A stretch of DNA of 64,000 bases from Candidatus Moraniibacteriota bacterium (GTDB lineage: Bacteria > Patescibacteriota > Minisyncoccia > Moranbacterales > UBA1568): positions 12,257 through 76,256 of the forward strand of contig JAGOSP010000002.1 of NCBI GenBank assembly GCA_018062205.1, read 5' to 3'. The translations under genes were made by a program, and so were the position numbers. The notes under the pieces are model-generated. The model did no database searches. It had not been told where the DNA came from and saw only the letters and a list, made by a program, of their open reading frames with translations. Shown here one piece after another: positions 26,922 to 36,353 of the stretch (positions are counted from its first letter, which is position 1; the number at the start of each line of letters is the position of its first letter).

Positions 26922-28172
26922 TTACTCATGCGTCTGAAAATACTCCAGGATTGATTCAAGAGAAACTCGTTCCACCGAACCATTGCTTCTCCGTTTAATT
27001 TCTACTTCACCACTCTCGAGAGTTCTCTTCCCAAGGATAATCTGATAAGGAATACCAAGAAGGTCACTCTCAGCAAGTTTCTCTCCGGCCGATGCATCTC
27101 GATCATGATACAGTACTTCAATACCAGCTGCGGTTAGCGTTTGATAGATTCTGTCTGATTGCTCATTCTGCCCAAGCGAGAGCAAGTGCGCCCGAAACGG
27201 TGCTATGGCATCTGGCCACACCAAACCCTTATCATCAGCAAATACCTCTACGATAGTCCCCATTAGACGAGGAACGCCAATCCCATACGAACCCATATAC
27301 ACTGGTTTTTCTTCTCCTTGCTCATTTTTATAGGTTAATCCGAGAGCTTTCGCGTATTTTTCACCCAGCGTATAAATATCTCCAACTTCTACCGATTTTG
27401 CTTCTTTGAAACGAAAGGATTCCTTATCCAAACCAAAATCGGTAAAAATTTCCTCAGAATAGTCATCTTTATTAATGGCCATCTTTTTTTCCGTATCATA
27501 GAGAATAACATCTTCTCCTGCATCAGTGATCGTTTGAAATTCAAAAGAATATTTTGAAAACGATCCTCCGGAAGAAAGAGTCAAATACGTTCGATCTCCA
27601 AGTCCAACCCTGGTGAATATTCGCATGTACACGTCTTTCATTTGTTCATAAAAAACATCATGCTCTTCTTTGTCTCGAGAAAAATCATACAAATCTTTCA
27701 TCACAAACTCCTTGCCGCGCATAATACCCGACTTCGCGCGCATTTCATTGCGAAATTTCGTTTGAAATTGATAAACATACACTGGCAATTGCTTATACGA
27801 AGAAACAAAATTCTTCATAATATTCGTCAATGGTTCTTCGTGAGTAAAAGCTAATCCAAGCTTAGTACCATTTTTCAAATCTGTCTTAAACCAATCATCA
27901 ACCACTCCGTCATCCCAACGTCCAGTCTTCTCCCATACGTCTTTCTGCTGAAGAGTTGTCATAACCACTTCCTGTCCGCCGATAGCATTCAGCTCTTCAC
28001 GAATAATCGTCTTAATTTTTTCAAGCACCCGTAGCCCCAGCGGTAAAAAAGTATAAACACCAGCCATTTCTTTGTGTACAAAACCAGCCCGAATAAGTAA
28101 TTGGGCATTCTTGGAAACCTCATCTTTTGGTGCCTGTCGTGAAACCCGAGTAAACAATTGTGACTGACGCAT
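26922..28172 (-). CDS. proS: Prolyl-tRNA synthetase, short bacterial-type lacking editing (INS) domain
   Basis: 416 aa. The N-terminus MRQSQLFTRVSRQAPKDEVSKNAQLLIRAGFV...YTFLPLGLRVLEKI matches the bacterial ProRS N-terminus. Class II motifs and the C-terminal anticodon-binding domain are present. The length excludes an editing insertion. Confidence 0.85.
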   Translation of the reverse strand: MRQSQLFTRVSRQAPKDEVSKNAQLLIRAGFVHKEMAGVYTFLPLGLRVLEKIKTIIREELNAIGGQEVVMTTLQQKDVWEKTGRWDDGVVDDWFKTDLKNGTKLGLAFTHEEPLTNIMKNFVSSYKQLPVYVYQFQTKFRNEMRAKSGIMRGKEFVMKDLYDFSRDKEEHDVFYEQMKDVYMRIFTRVGLGDRTYLTLSSGGSFSKYSFEFQTITDAGEDVILYDTEKKMAINKDDYSEEIFTDFGLDKESFRFKEAKSVEVGDIYTLGEKYAKALGLTYKNEQGEEKPVYMGSYGIGVPRLMGTIVEVFADDKGLVWPDAIAPFRAHLLSLGQNEQSDRIYQTLTAAGIEVLYHDRDASAGEKLAESDLLGIPYQIILGKRTLESGEVEIKRRSNGSVERVSLESILEYFQTHE

Positions 28173-28246
28173 AGGGTATCATTTAATATATCTTTCCCCA
28201 TCTTACGCTACCAGGAAAGCTTGGTCAAACCAATTTTTCTCCACTT

Positions 28247-28320
28247 TTAAAGAAAAAGCCCAGCAAGAGAAAGGAGGGGCCCAAGGGAAAATTCCCGGCC
28301 GCTTTCTCTTGTGGGCTCAC
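28247..28320 (-). terminator. GC-rich hairpin plus T-tract, intrinsic terminator for gene 28336-28749
   Basis: Plus strand reads AGAGAAAGGAGGGGCCCAAGGGAAAATTCCCGGCCGCTTTCTCT (long imperfect palindrome). On the minus strand it is followed by GCTGGGCTTTTTCTTTAAAAG. Confidence 0.45.
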
Positions 28321-28335
28321 AGACCACTCTACTCA

Positions 28336-28749
28336 TCATACCGAGCTGCCTTCTTCGATTTCTTCTATTATTGCATCTAATCTTTCTTGAAAGAACGTGA
28401 AGAGTATTTTGAGTAAATGGAAAATGCATCCTTCAGTATGTTCGCGCCAGTATTGTATGATCTGCCAGTCGAGATTTTTATCAGCAAGTATTTCCTCAAT
28501 ATGCCGACTAAGGATAGCGTTTATCTCCGGTGGAATCTGAAGATACAATCTCTCAAACTGACACCATGCTGATAGACACCCCCGTTCTAGCATGAGGGTA
28601 TCTTTTGGAGAAGTAATGTTCTCCGGAAAACCGTAGAGACAATATGTCACTCGAGCATCTCGAAATCTAGTGCCAAATTTCCTGAGCAACCAGAGGGCAA
28701 GAAAGGTCTCTATCGCAGCTTCCCTGTATGGCATCAGAATCCACTGCAT
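28336..28749 (-). CDS. Hypothetical protein
   Basis: 137-aa ORF with a terminator immediately downstream. No recognisable motif. Confidence 0.3.
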   Translation of the reverse strand: MQWILMPYREAAIETFLALWLLRKFGTRFRDARVTYCLYGFPENITSPKDTLMLERGCLSAWCQFERLYLQIPPEINAILSRHIEEILADKNLDWQIIQYWREHTEGCIFHLLKILFTFFQERLDAIIEEIEEGSSV

Positions 28750-28912
28750 GGATATCTCCTTTTTATGTTCGTAAAAGTAAAGAAGTTGTTAAAAAGCAAA
28801 TTTTTATTCTACCATATATTTTGATATATTGCAATACCCAGAGAAAACACCCAGGATTCCCATTGTAAAAATAACTCCCGAGTACAGGTTTTTCAAAGAT
28901 TCACTTTCTATT

Positions 28913-30073
28913 TCAAGCAAAAAGCCCTCGAATTTTGTCAAGAATTTGGAACTGCGAGATATCACGTATCGTCACCAAAAGCATCAAGCCAAGGAGGAGC
29001 ATAAAACCAATCTGATGAATACGCCCCTCTATCAGGTGAGAGACGGGCTTCCCTCCACGAAGTTTTTCGATCAATATAAAGAAAATACGCCCTCCGTCCA
29101 ATGCCGGAATCGGAAGAATGTTAAAGATACCCAAATTTATCGAGAGAAGTGCTCCAAACCAGAGAAGGTAAGAGAAACCCATTTCCGTCATCTGCTTCGT
29201 CAAATATACAATACCGACTGGACCAGTCACGTCCAAAGAGACTGTTTCTTCTGCTCCACCAAAAAGAGATACAACCATTTTCCCAAGATAAGCAAAAATA
29301 GTACCAGTCACTTTTATTGTTGTCTTGCCTCCCTCAAGAATGGCTGTGTACCAGGGGTAGGTAATCAACGCTGTTTCGGCCAAAGAAATACCCAATGCAC
29401 CTTCCGTTTTCGGATACTCTGTGCGCGGCACACCAGATACCGTCATTGCAGTATCTCCACGATGAATTACCATGGAAAACTCCTGTCCTTTCTTTTTTGT
29501 AATACCAGATGTTGCCTCATCGGTAGTTGAAACAAGCACATCATCAATAGATACAATTTCATCTAACGGACGGAGACCCATCTCTGCAGCTGGCGTGCCA
29601 GGCTTCACTTCCAAAATCTGGACTTTCTGATCAGGATATTTTCCACGCTCCTCAGGATCAATCGGCTGCGGCAACCCTACTATGTACACCAATGAAATAA
29701 GAACCCATGCAAGCAAAAAATTCATCACCACACCAGCGGCCAATATTTTGATGCGCGGCCAAGCAGGCTGATTAGCAAAACTATCTTTTTCGTGAGTATG
29801 CCCCCCTCCCTCACCTTTAATCTTCACAAAACCACCAAGCGGAATCCAATTCAGAGAATAGATAGTATGGGGACTCTCAACGTCTTTATCTCCCCAAATA
29901 ATATCGTATTTCCCAGTCTCATCATTCTTCACCACACCAATCAAACGAGGGGGAAATCCAAAGCCAAATTCATCCGCCTTCACGCCATTGCGCCGCGCTA
30001 CAACAAAATGGCCCAATTCATGCACCAAAACAAGTACCCCGAGGATAAGAGCAAAAATCAAAATCGTCAACAT
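28913..30073 (-). CDS. rseP: Site-2 protease RseP (M50 zinc metalloprotease with PDZ domain)
   Basis: 386 aa. HELGHFVVARRNGV (HExxH) lies in TM1. Central PDZ segment. C-terminal TM with LDGG motif (PALDGGRIFF). Confidence 0.8.
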   Translation of the reverse strand: MLTILIFALILGVLVLVHELGHFVVARRNGVKADEFGFGFPPRLIGVVKNDETGKYDIIWGDKDVESPHTIYSLNWIPLGGFVKIKGEGGGHTHEKDSFANQPAWPRIKILAAGVVMNFLLAWVLISLVYIVGLPQPIDPEERGKYPDQKVQILEVKPGTPAAEMGLRPLDEIVSIDDVLVSTTDEATSGITKKKGQEFSMVIHRGDTAMTVSGVPRTEYPKTEGALGISLAETALITYPWYTAILEGGKTTIKVTGTIFAYLGKMVVSLFGGAEETVSLDVTGPVGIVYLTKQMTEMGFSYLLWFGALLSINLGIFNILPIPALDGGRIFFILIEKLRGGKPVSHLIEGRIHQIGFMLLLGLMLLVTIRDISQFQILDKIRGLFA

Positions 30074-30104
30074 AGAAAAAATCTCTCAAAAAATTACTCC
30101 AAAT

Positions 30105-30662
30105 CTATACGGTCATAATATCTTTTTCCTTCTCTTTTCGAAGTGTTTCTATCTTTGCGTTGTATTCGTCAACCACTTTCTGGAGATCATCTTTCCCAAT
30201 AAACTTATCATCCTCAGCAATTTCGCCAGATTTTTCCATCTCCTGAATTTCTTTCCAAATATCCTCGCGTGTTGTTCGTATACTAATACGAGACTCCTCT
30301 GCTCGATTATTGAGAGACTTTACAAATTCGCGTCGTCGATCTTCAGTTAACTGTGGGAGCGTTAATCGAATAATTCTTCCATCATTTCCGGGATTTAGTC
30401 CAAGATCAGACTCTCTAATAGCAGATTCAATCGCCTGCACTGCTCCCTGATCCCACGGCTGAATCAAGATCTGTCGTGCCTCGGGGATAGTCACGCTTGC
30501 TATTTGTCGAATAGGTGTCCGTGTTCCATAATAATCTACCAAAATACCTTCCACCAAAGCCGGATGCGCTCGTCCGCTTCTAATCTGAGCCGCGGCTTCA
30601 ATGAAGTGTTCAATAGCAAATTCAAATTTTTCTTTCCCTGCCTCAATTAATGCTTTCACCAT
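30105..30662 (-). CDS. frr: Ribosome recycling factor
   Basis: 185 aa. RRF-family sequence along the whole length (MVKALIEAGKEKFEFAIEHF..., IRTTREDIWKEIQEMEK). Confidence 0.9.
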   Translation of the reverse strand: MVKALIEAGKEKFEFAIEHFIEAAAQIRSGRAHPALVEGILVDYYGTRTPIRQIASVTIPEARQILIQPWDQGAVQAIESAIRESDLGLNPGNDGRIIRLTLPQLTEDRRREFVKSLNNRAEESRISIRTTREDIWKEIQEMEKSGEIAEDDKFIGKDDLQKVVDEYNAKIETLRKEKEKDIMTV

Positions 30663-30690
30663 ATATCGTGACTCAATATTTTACCGTATA

Positions 30691-31779
30691 TTATTTAAAC
30701 TTTCGTAATCCAAAATATAGAATAGCAGAATTTCCTGGTTCGTACAGAATCATGCTCACACCCCGATCTATTCCAAGTTCTGTCACCGACCAATGCTGCC
30801 CACTATCTGTCGACCGATAAAATGCCGACCCTGAGGCAAGAACAATTTCATTTGAATTATCCGGACTCACAGCCACTGCTCGTATAGGATATCGTTTTGC
30901 GCTCTCGATAATCGGAATAGGATTCCAAGTGAAACCGAAGTCAAGACTGCGAAGAAGTCCCTCTGACGAAGTTCCTGCGTACAATGTGCTCGGTGTATGC
31001 GGATCAGCATTCAAGGACACTGGATTTATTAACTCTACACCTTCTCTTTCTTGCCCCTGAATCTTTTCAAGAATTTTTGCCTTATCAGTCCAGGTGATTC
31101 CTCCGTCTTGAGAAGAAATAACATCTTTTTGAAAAACAAGTGCCGCGATTGATTCTGGTAGTTTTGTTCCAAGAAGAATTTTGGTAACCGGTCCCTCTGC
31201 TTGGTAGATATTCTTCCATTGCTCACCGCCATCAATACTCTTGATGACACCCCCCTTGTCTGTTGCCGCATACAGGATACGGGAATCCGAGGGATGCATA
31301 GCGAGCGATGCAATTACCGTCCCTGGTCCTGGTTCAACATACACTTCCTTCCAGTTTTCTCCGGCATCTTCAGTCCGATATACCTTTCCGACGCCTCCGT
31401 ATACTCCTGTTGCAAAAATTCGACGTGAATTAGAGGAATCAATAACAATTCCATAAATTTTTTCAGGAGGAAAATCCATTTTCTCCCAATGTTCTGCGCC
31501 ATCCTTGGTGCGAAACATTCCATCATCCATGCTCCCGACATACATCGTTTGTGGATTTGAGAGATCTATCGCCCATGAAAGAATATCTGCCGAGGAAATA
31601 CGTAATTTTTCACTTACGACCACCTTTGCTGAAAATGATTTCCCGGCATCAAAACTTTTGTAGAGACTCCCGGTGGCAGGTGCAGTTTCCCCTGTTGGCT
31701 TGCTGTTATTGTTTGGAGAAATACTACAACCCGATAAAAAAAAGAATACCCCTGTTATAACACAAATTTTTTTCAACAT
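30691..31779 (-). CDS. BNR/Asp-box repeat beta-propeller lipoprotein (Ycf48/sortilin-like)
   Basis: Start placed at MLKKICVITGVFFFLSGCS (lipobox LSGC). Contains repeated S-x-D-G-G-x-T-W / SxDxGxxW-like BNR units (DGAEHWEKM, DAGENWKEV, DGGEQWKNI, DGGITWTDK, DSGQHWSV). Confidence 0.55.
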   Translation of the reverse strand: MLKKICVITGVFFFLSGCSISPNNNSKPTGETAPATGSLYKSFDAGKSFSAKVVVSEKLRISSADILSWAIDLSNPQTMYVGSMDDGMFRTKDGAEHWEKMDFPPEKIYGIVIDSSNSRRIFATGVYGGVGKVYRTEDAGENWKEVYVEPGPGTVIASLAMHPSDSRILYAATDKGGVIKSIDGGEQWKNIYQAEGPVTKILLGTKLPESIAALVFQKDVISSQDGGITWTDKAKILEKIQGQEREGVELINPVSLNADPHTPSTLYAGTSSEGLLRSLDFGFTWNPIPIIESAKRYPIRAVAVSPDNSNEIVLASGSAFYRSTDSGQHWSVTELGIDRGVSMILYEPGNSAILYFGLRKFK

Positions 31780-31918
31780 ACGATACTTGTGTTTATCATC
31801 CAAGACAAAATTACTCTCACATCTCTTCCTAATTGAGTACAGTATACCACAATCATTCTTCCCCTGTTGACGCAGAAACAAAAAACCAGTAGAATTCCTT
31901 TGTTTTGTAAGTAAGGTT

Positions 31919-31991
31919 GGGTGCGTAGCTCAGTCGGTAGAGCAGTGGCCTTTTAAGCCAACGGTCGTGGGTTCGATCCCCCCCGCACCCA
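31919..31991 (+). tRNA. tRNA-Lys (anticodon UUU)
   Basis: Cloverleaf: acceptor GGGTGCG/CGCACCC, D-arm GCTC-AGTCGGTA-GAGC, anticodon loop CTTTTAA, T-loop TTCGATC, discriminator A, no encoded CCA. One G.A mismatch at 27-43 and one U.C mismatch in the T-stem (50-64). Confidence 0.8.
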
Positions 31992-32045
31992 CATTTTTGA
32001 AAGAAACTTCACTTCTCCGTGGAGCTTCTTTTTTTGTATACTGCC

Positions 32046-33371
32046 TTATTTCTTCGAAACAATCCGGTCTTTCCCTATATATGGACGGAGGACTTCTGGA
32101 ATAACAATAGATCCATCCTCTTCTTGATAATTCTCCAAGATTGCAATAAGAATGCGGGGGCTCGGTAAGGCCGTATTATTAAGCATATATACGTATTTAC
32201 GCTCGCCCGAGCTCTTATCCAAATACTTGACATTCAGTCGTCGCGATTGCCAATCAAGAAAATTCGAGGATGATCCTGTTTCCCCCCAACGATTCAGTCC
32301 TGGCATCCACGCTTCCAGATCAAACTGTCTATACTTCCCTGTCCCAAGGTCACCAGTGCAAATTTGAAGCTTCCGATACGGAATACCCAGTTCACGATGC
32401 ATCTCTTCTGAAATAGCGAGCATTTCCGCCTGAAGCGAATCCGCTTCTTTCATGTCAGCCGTACACAAGACTACTTGTTCAACCTTGAAAAATTCATGCA
32501 CGCGATACAGGCCTTTGGTGTCTCGTCCATACGATCCAATTTCACTTCGATAGCACTGGCTAAATCCAGACATACGAAGAGGAAGATTTTCTTTATCAAG
32601 GACTTCGCCTGAATAATATGCAAGCAGCGATGGCTCAGATGTTCCAACCAAAAATTTTTCTTCACGATTTACCTTGCCATCTGATTCCTTTTCGGGTGTT
32701 CCTAATCGATAAATTTCATCATCCTCCGGATTATATTCCGCACCCTTAAAATATCCCGAACCAAAAAGTGGAAATTCTTTGATGAGCGTAGGAGGTATCA
32801 TCGGGAGAAATCCCTTTACAGCCATTTTTTGCAAGGCATACGCCATTAATCCTACAACAAGAAGGGCTCCCTCGTTCTTTACATAATATCCACGGTATCC
32901 CGCCACTTTCGTTCCTCGTTCAAAATCAAGAATATCCAAACTCACCCCCAAATCAATATGGTCTCGAGGAATAAAAGAAAATGTTTTTGGTTCCTCTGAA
33001 CGGAATATCTCAATGTTCTCTGCCTCATCCTTACCGCGAGGTGTATCAGAAGAAACAACATTTGGCACAGACGCCGCTATTTTTTCAAAATGCTCAGTTA
33101 ATAAGCGAAAATTTGGTTCAACTTCATCGATTTTCTGCTTGATTTCTTTTCCCTTCGCAATGACTTCCGCTCGCTCCTCTGGTGATTGTGATTGCATGAT
33201 AAGATCATTGATATCATTTTTAAGAGACTTTAACTCTTCAAGCTCCCGCTGCGCATCGGCACGCTCCTGATCAAGCTTCAAAAGTAAATCCAAATCACAA
33301 TCGCTTTTTTTCAAAGAAATTGCCTCACGAACGATTGCCTCATTTTCACGAATAAATCGAATATCAAGCAT
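32046..33371 (-). CDS. serS: Seryl-tRNA synthetase
   Basis: Start at MLDIRFIRENEAIV. N-terminal coiled-coil tRNA-binding arm. Class II catalytic core (GYRGYYVKNEGALL...FRSEIGSYGRDTKGLYRVHEF). Confidence 0.9.
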   Translation of the reverse strand: MLDIRFIRENEAIVREAISLKKSDCDLDLLLKLDQERADAQRELEELKSLKNDINDLIMQSQSPEERAEVIAKGKEIKQKIDEVEPNFRLLTEHFEKIAASVPNVVSSDTPRGKDEAENIEIFRSEEPKTFSFIPRDHIDLGVSLDILDFERGTKVAGYRGYYVKNEGALLVVGLMAYALQKMAVKGFLPMIPPTLIKEFPLFGSGYFKGAEYNPEDDEIYRLGTPEKESDGKVNREEKFLVGTSEPSLLAYYSGEVLDKENLPLRMSGFSQCYRSEIGSYGRDTKGLYRVHEFFKVEQVVLCTADMKEADSLQAEMLAISEEMHRELGIPYRKLQICTGDLGTGKYRQFDLEAWMPGLNRWGETGSSSNFLDWQSRRLNVKYLDKSSGERKYVYMLNNTALPSPRILIAILENYQEEDGSIVIPEVLRPYIGKDRIVSKK

Positions 33372-33451
33372 AGACAACACCATTTAGCCAATAGTTTCCT
33401 TTAGCTTAAAACTTTTGGGGAGAAAAAGCAAAAAAGCACTCTCTGCAATCC

Positions 33452-33952
33452 TCACTCTCCATCCAAGTGAGCGAGATAAGCAAGAATACTCTCAACTGAT
33501 TTATCCAAAGAATTCTCTGCGGTGTCGATGATTATATCTTCTTTTCCTGGTCGGATTTCTTTATGAAGACGACTGATTACCCCGACTCCCTTCTCTTTTA
33601 TTTCCCGACAATGGTCCCGCTCAATGAGCTGAGGCAGCGGTGCTGTTAGGAACACAATCAATACTCTATACCCCAATTTTTCCAACAATTCCTTTGTGGG
33701 TATAAGATGAATTTCTTTAAATATTTCTTCTACAATAATGTTGTATCCCTTTGCTGCAAGCTCTCCAATAAAAAACAGGGTAACTGTGTGAGCGACGCTT
33801 GTTCGTGTATCACTCGAATCATGAGACATCATCCTCTTCAAAAGATCGATATCAATATGTGCTGAATTGAATATTTTCTCGTGAAGAATTTGAGAGAGAG
33901 AAGACTTTCCAACTCCAGCTGGTCCCCGAATAATTATCGCTATTTTTTCCAT
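33452..33952 (-). CDS. Small P-loop NTPase/kinase (AAA_33 / zeta-toxin-like fold), hypothetical
   Basis: 166 aa. Walker A GPAGVGKSS at the N-terminus. Size and layout resemble small-molecule/nucleotide kinases. Confidence 0.45.
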   Translation of the reverse strand: MEKIAIIIRGPAGVGKSSLSQILHEKIFNSAHIDIDLLKRMMSHDSSDTRTSVAHTVTLFFIGELAAKGYNIIVEEIFKEIHLIPTKELLEKLGYRVLIVFLTAPLPQLIERDHCREIKEKGVGVISRLHKEIRPGKEDIIIDTAENSLDKSVESILAYLAHLDGE

Positions 33953-34019
33953 GCTGTTCTTTCATTTTAATGCTTTCTCATTCTTGAACAAAAAATAGAT
34001 ATCATGACACTGCAAGAAT

Positions 34020-35690
34020 TTAGGCTAATTCCTTACCCTCTTTAATAGCTGCCCGAAGAAAAGCGACAAAAAGCGGATGTGGCGCTACCAAAGAAGATTG
34101 AAATTCTGGATGAAATTGTGTCCCGAGAAAGAAAGGATGCTGTTTTTTGGGAAGCTCCGCAATCTCCATCAGCACTCCATCGGGAGAGGTGGCTGAAAAC
34201 AGAAGTCCTGCTGCCTCAATCTGTTCAATATATTCAGGATTTACTTCATAACGATGGCGATGTCGCTCAAGAATCGTATCAGATTTGTATGCATCTCGAG
34301 CAATGGTTCCTGATTTTACTGTTGCTGGATACTGTCCGAGCCTCATGGTAGCACCAAAGTTTTTCTTGCGTAATTTTTCTACTTGTTCAGGAAGAATATC
34401 GATTACCGGATACACTGTATCACTATTCACTTCTTTTGTATGCGCACTCTCCAATTTCATTACAGAACGCGCATATTCAATCACCATCAGCTGCATCCCG
34501 TAGCACAATCCGAAATAGGGTATTTTTTCCTCTCGACAAAATCGAATGGCCGAAATAATCCCTTCAATACCTCGCCCACCGAACCCACCAGGAACAAGAA
34601 TTCCCTGATACGTTCTCAGTGACTCAAGTTGTTTGGGATCAGTTTCAAAGTCTGCACTGTCCACCCAATCAAACTCTATTCTCCGTCCAACCTCGCATGC
34701 CGCATGCTTCAATGCCTCAATGACACTGATGTAAGCATCGGAAAAAACGTAGTCTCCTGTTTTGAAATACTTCCCTACCACGCCGATTCGGAGCACCTCT
34801 GTTGATTTCCGATTCCTCATCACTCGCTTTTCCCACACCGAAAGATCATGTTTTTTTGCTTTTAATCCAAGCTTTTTCAATAAACGATTTCCTAGATGAT
34901 CCTGTTCAAAATTGAGCGGTACATCATAAATACTTTCAACATCCGGAGCGCTAATCACGTCTTCTTTTCGGATATTACAGTTTACCGCTAATTTTTCCTT
35001 GCGCTTCTCATCGAGAGCACGATCAGAACGAGCGACAATAAAATCCGGCTGAATGCCCGTGCTATTCAATGTACGAACAGCGTATTGCGTCGGCTTTGTT
35101 TTCATCTCACCGATTTTACTCGGAACAGGCAAATAACTCACCAGTACGAAAAAGACATCCTCTGAATGCTCAAGCTTCATAATGCGAGCAGCCTCCAAAA
35201 AAAGAATATTCTGATATTCTCCAACAGTACCTCCTATTTCGATAATAGCAATATCTGCTTTTGATGTCCGAGCTGCTTTTTTGATGCGTCGAATGACTTC
35301 TTGTGGAATATGCGGTACCACCTCAACACAACGCCCTTCGTATTCAAGATTCCGTTCCTTTTCAATCACAGTTTTATACACGAGTCCGGTTGTCATATAG
35401 TGATCCCGCGAAAGCTCCAGACCCATGAAGCGCTCGTAATTCCCCATATCTTGATCTGTTTCGTATCCATCGCGAAGTACAAAAACTTCTCCGTGCTCAG
35501 TTGGATTCATCGTGCCAGCATCGACATTGATATAAGGATCGATTTTCAGCGCTGTCACAGCATACCCCTTTGACTGCAAAATAAGACCAATCGAAGAGGT
35601 TGCCACACCCTTTCCAACTCCGCTCATCACTCCACCAACCACAAAAATATATTTCGTTGCTGTTTTTTTCTTTACATTTCGTGTTGCCAT
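34020..35690 (-). CDS. pyrG: CTP synthase
   Basis: Start at MATRNVKKKTATKYIFVVGGVMSGVGKG. Synthetase domain plus C-terminal class-I glutamine amidotransferase (GLCYGMQL, HPEF). Confidence 0.9.
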   Translation of the reverse strand: MATRNVKKKTATKYIFVVGGVMSGVGKGVATSSIGLILQSKGYAVTALKIDPYINVDAGTMNPTEHGEVFVLRDGYETDQDMGNYERFMGLELSRDHYMTTGLVYKTVIEKERNLEYEGRCVEVVPHIPQEVIRRIKKAARTSKADIAIIEIGGTVGEYQNILFLEAARIMKLEHSEDVFFVLVSYLPVPSKIGEMKTKPTQYAVRTLNSTGIQPDFIVARSDRALDEKRKEKLAVNCNIRKEDVISAPDVESIYDVPLNFEQDHLGNRLLKKLGLKAKKHDLSVWEKRVMRNRKSTEVLRIGVVGKYFKTGDYVFSDAYISVIEALKHAACEVGRRIEFDWVDSADFETDPKQLESLRTYQGILVPGGFGGRGIEGIISAIRFCREEKIPYFGLCYGMQLMVIEYARSVMKLESAHTKEVNSDTVYPVIDILPEQVEKLRKKNFGATMRLGQYPATVKSGTIARDAYKSDTILERHRHRYEVNPEYIEQIEAAGLLFSATSPDGVLMEIAELPKKQHPFFLGTQFHPEFQSSLVAPHPLFVAFLRAAIKEGKELA

Positions 35691-35769
35691 AATCTCTATA
35701 CATATAGACAAAGAACCGTCGCAGGAAAGGGAACGGCTCTTTGGGAAATTACATCTACAAACCAGAAAA

Positions 35770-36210
35770 CTACATGCTTTGAATCTTTACCTCAAATGAA
35801 ACCTCTACACCCTTCCCAAAATGGGCCTTCACCTCATACTGTCCTATCAATTTGAAAGCTTTTGGGATATCGAGAATTTTTGGATCAATTTCAATACCTT
35901 CCGCAGACAACGCAGCGGTAATCTCTTCTGCTCCTACCGAGCCAAACAACCGACCTTCCTCAGCCTTGGTTCGTATAACAACCGAACGATCACGGAGTGC
36001 GTTTGCCTGCAGCAGCAATGACCTTTTTTCATCTGCTATCTCTTCAACTCGTTTGCGCTTGAGTTCCTCAACTTGCTTGATTCCGGCCGGGGTAGCCACT
36101 TTTGCTATCCCATGAGGAAGAAGGAAATTTAGCGCATAACCACTCGCAACTTCTTTTACATCACCAACTTTACCGATTTTTGGGTTGTCCTTCATGAGAA
36201 TGACCTTCAT
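35770..36210 (-). CDS. rplI: 50S ribosomal protein L9
   Basis: Start at MKVILMKDNPKIGKVGDVKEVASGYALNFLLPHGIAK. About 147 aa, L9 N- and C-domains. Confidence 0.85.
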   Translation of the reverse strand: MKVILMKDNPKIGKVGDVKEVASGYALNFLLPHGIAKVATPAGIKQVEELKRKRVEEIADEKRSLLLQANALRDRSVVIRTKAEEGRLFGSVGAEEITAALSAEGIEIDPKILDIPKAFKLIGQYEVKAHFGKGVEVSFEVKIQSM

Positions 36211-36353
36211 ATCTGAATGTTTCACTGTATTAATATGTTCTTTAGTGTACAGGAAACACTTCGCTCTTGGCAAGAAATGAGCCTATTTTCCCCCATAAAA
36301 CTAGGCAAATATTCACCTTATGGTACAGAAAAGCAACTTCTTGTATATTTCAT

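Noticed and set aside
28829-29530. 233-aa plus-strand ORF (Cys/His/Arg-rich)
   Set aside because: It lies entirely antisense to rseP (28913-30073), which has unmistakable HExxH/PDZ motifs. The composition is typical of an antisense read-through frame.
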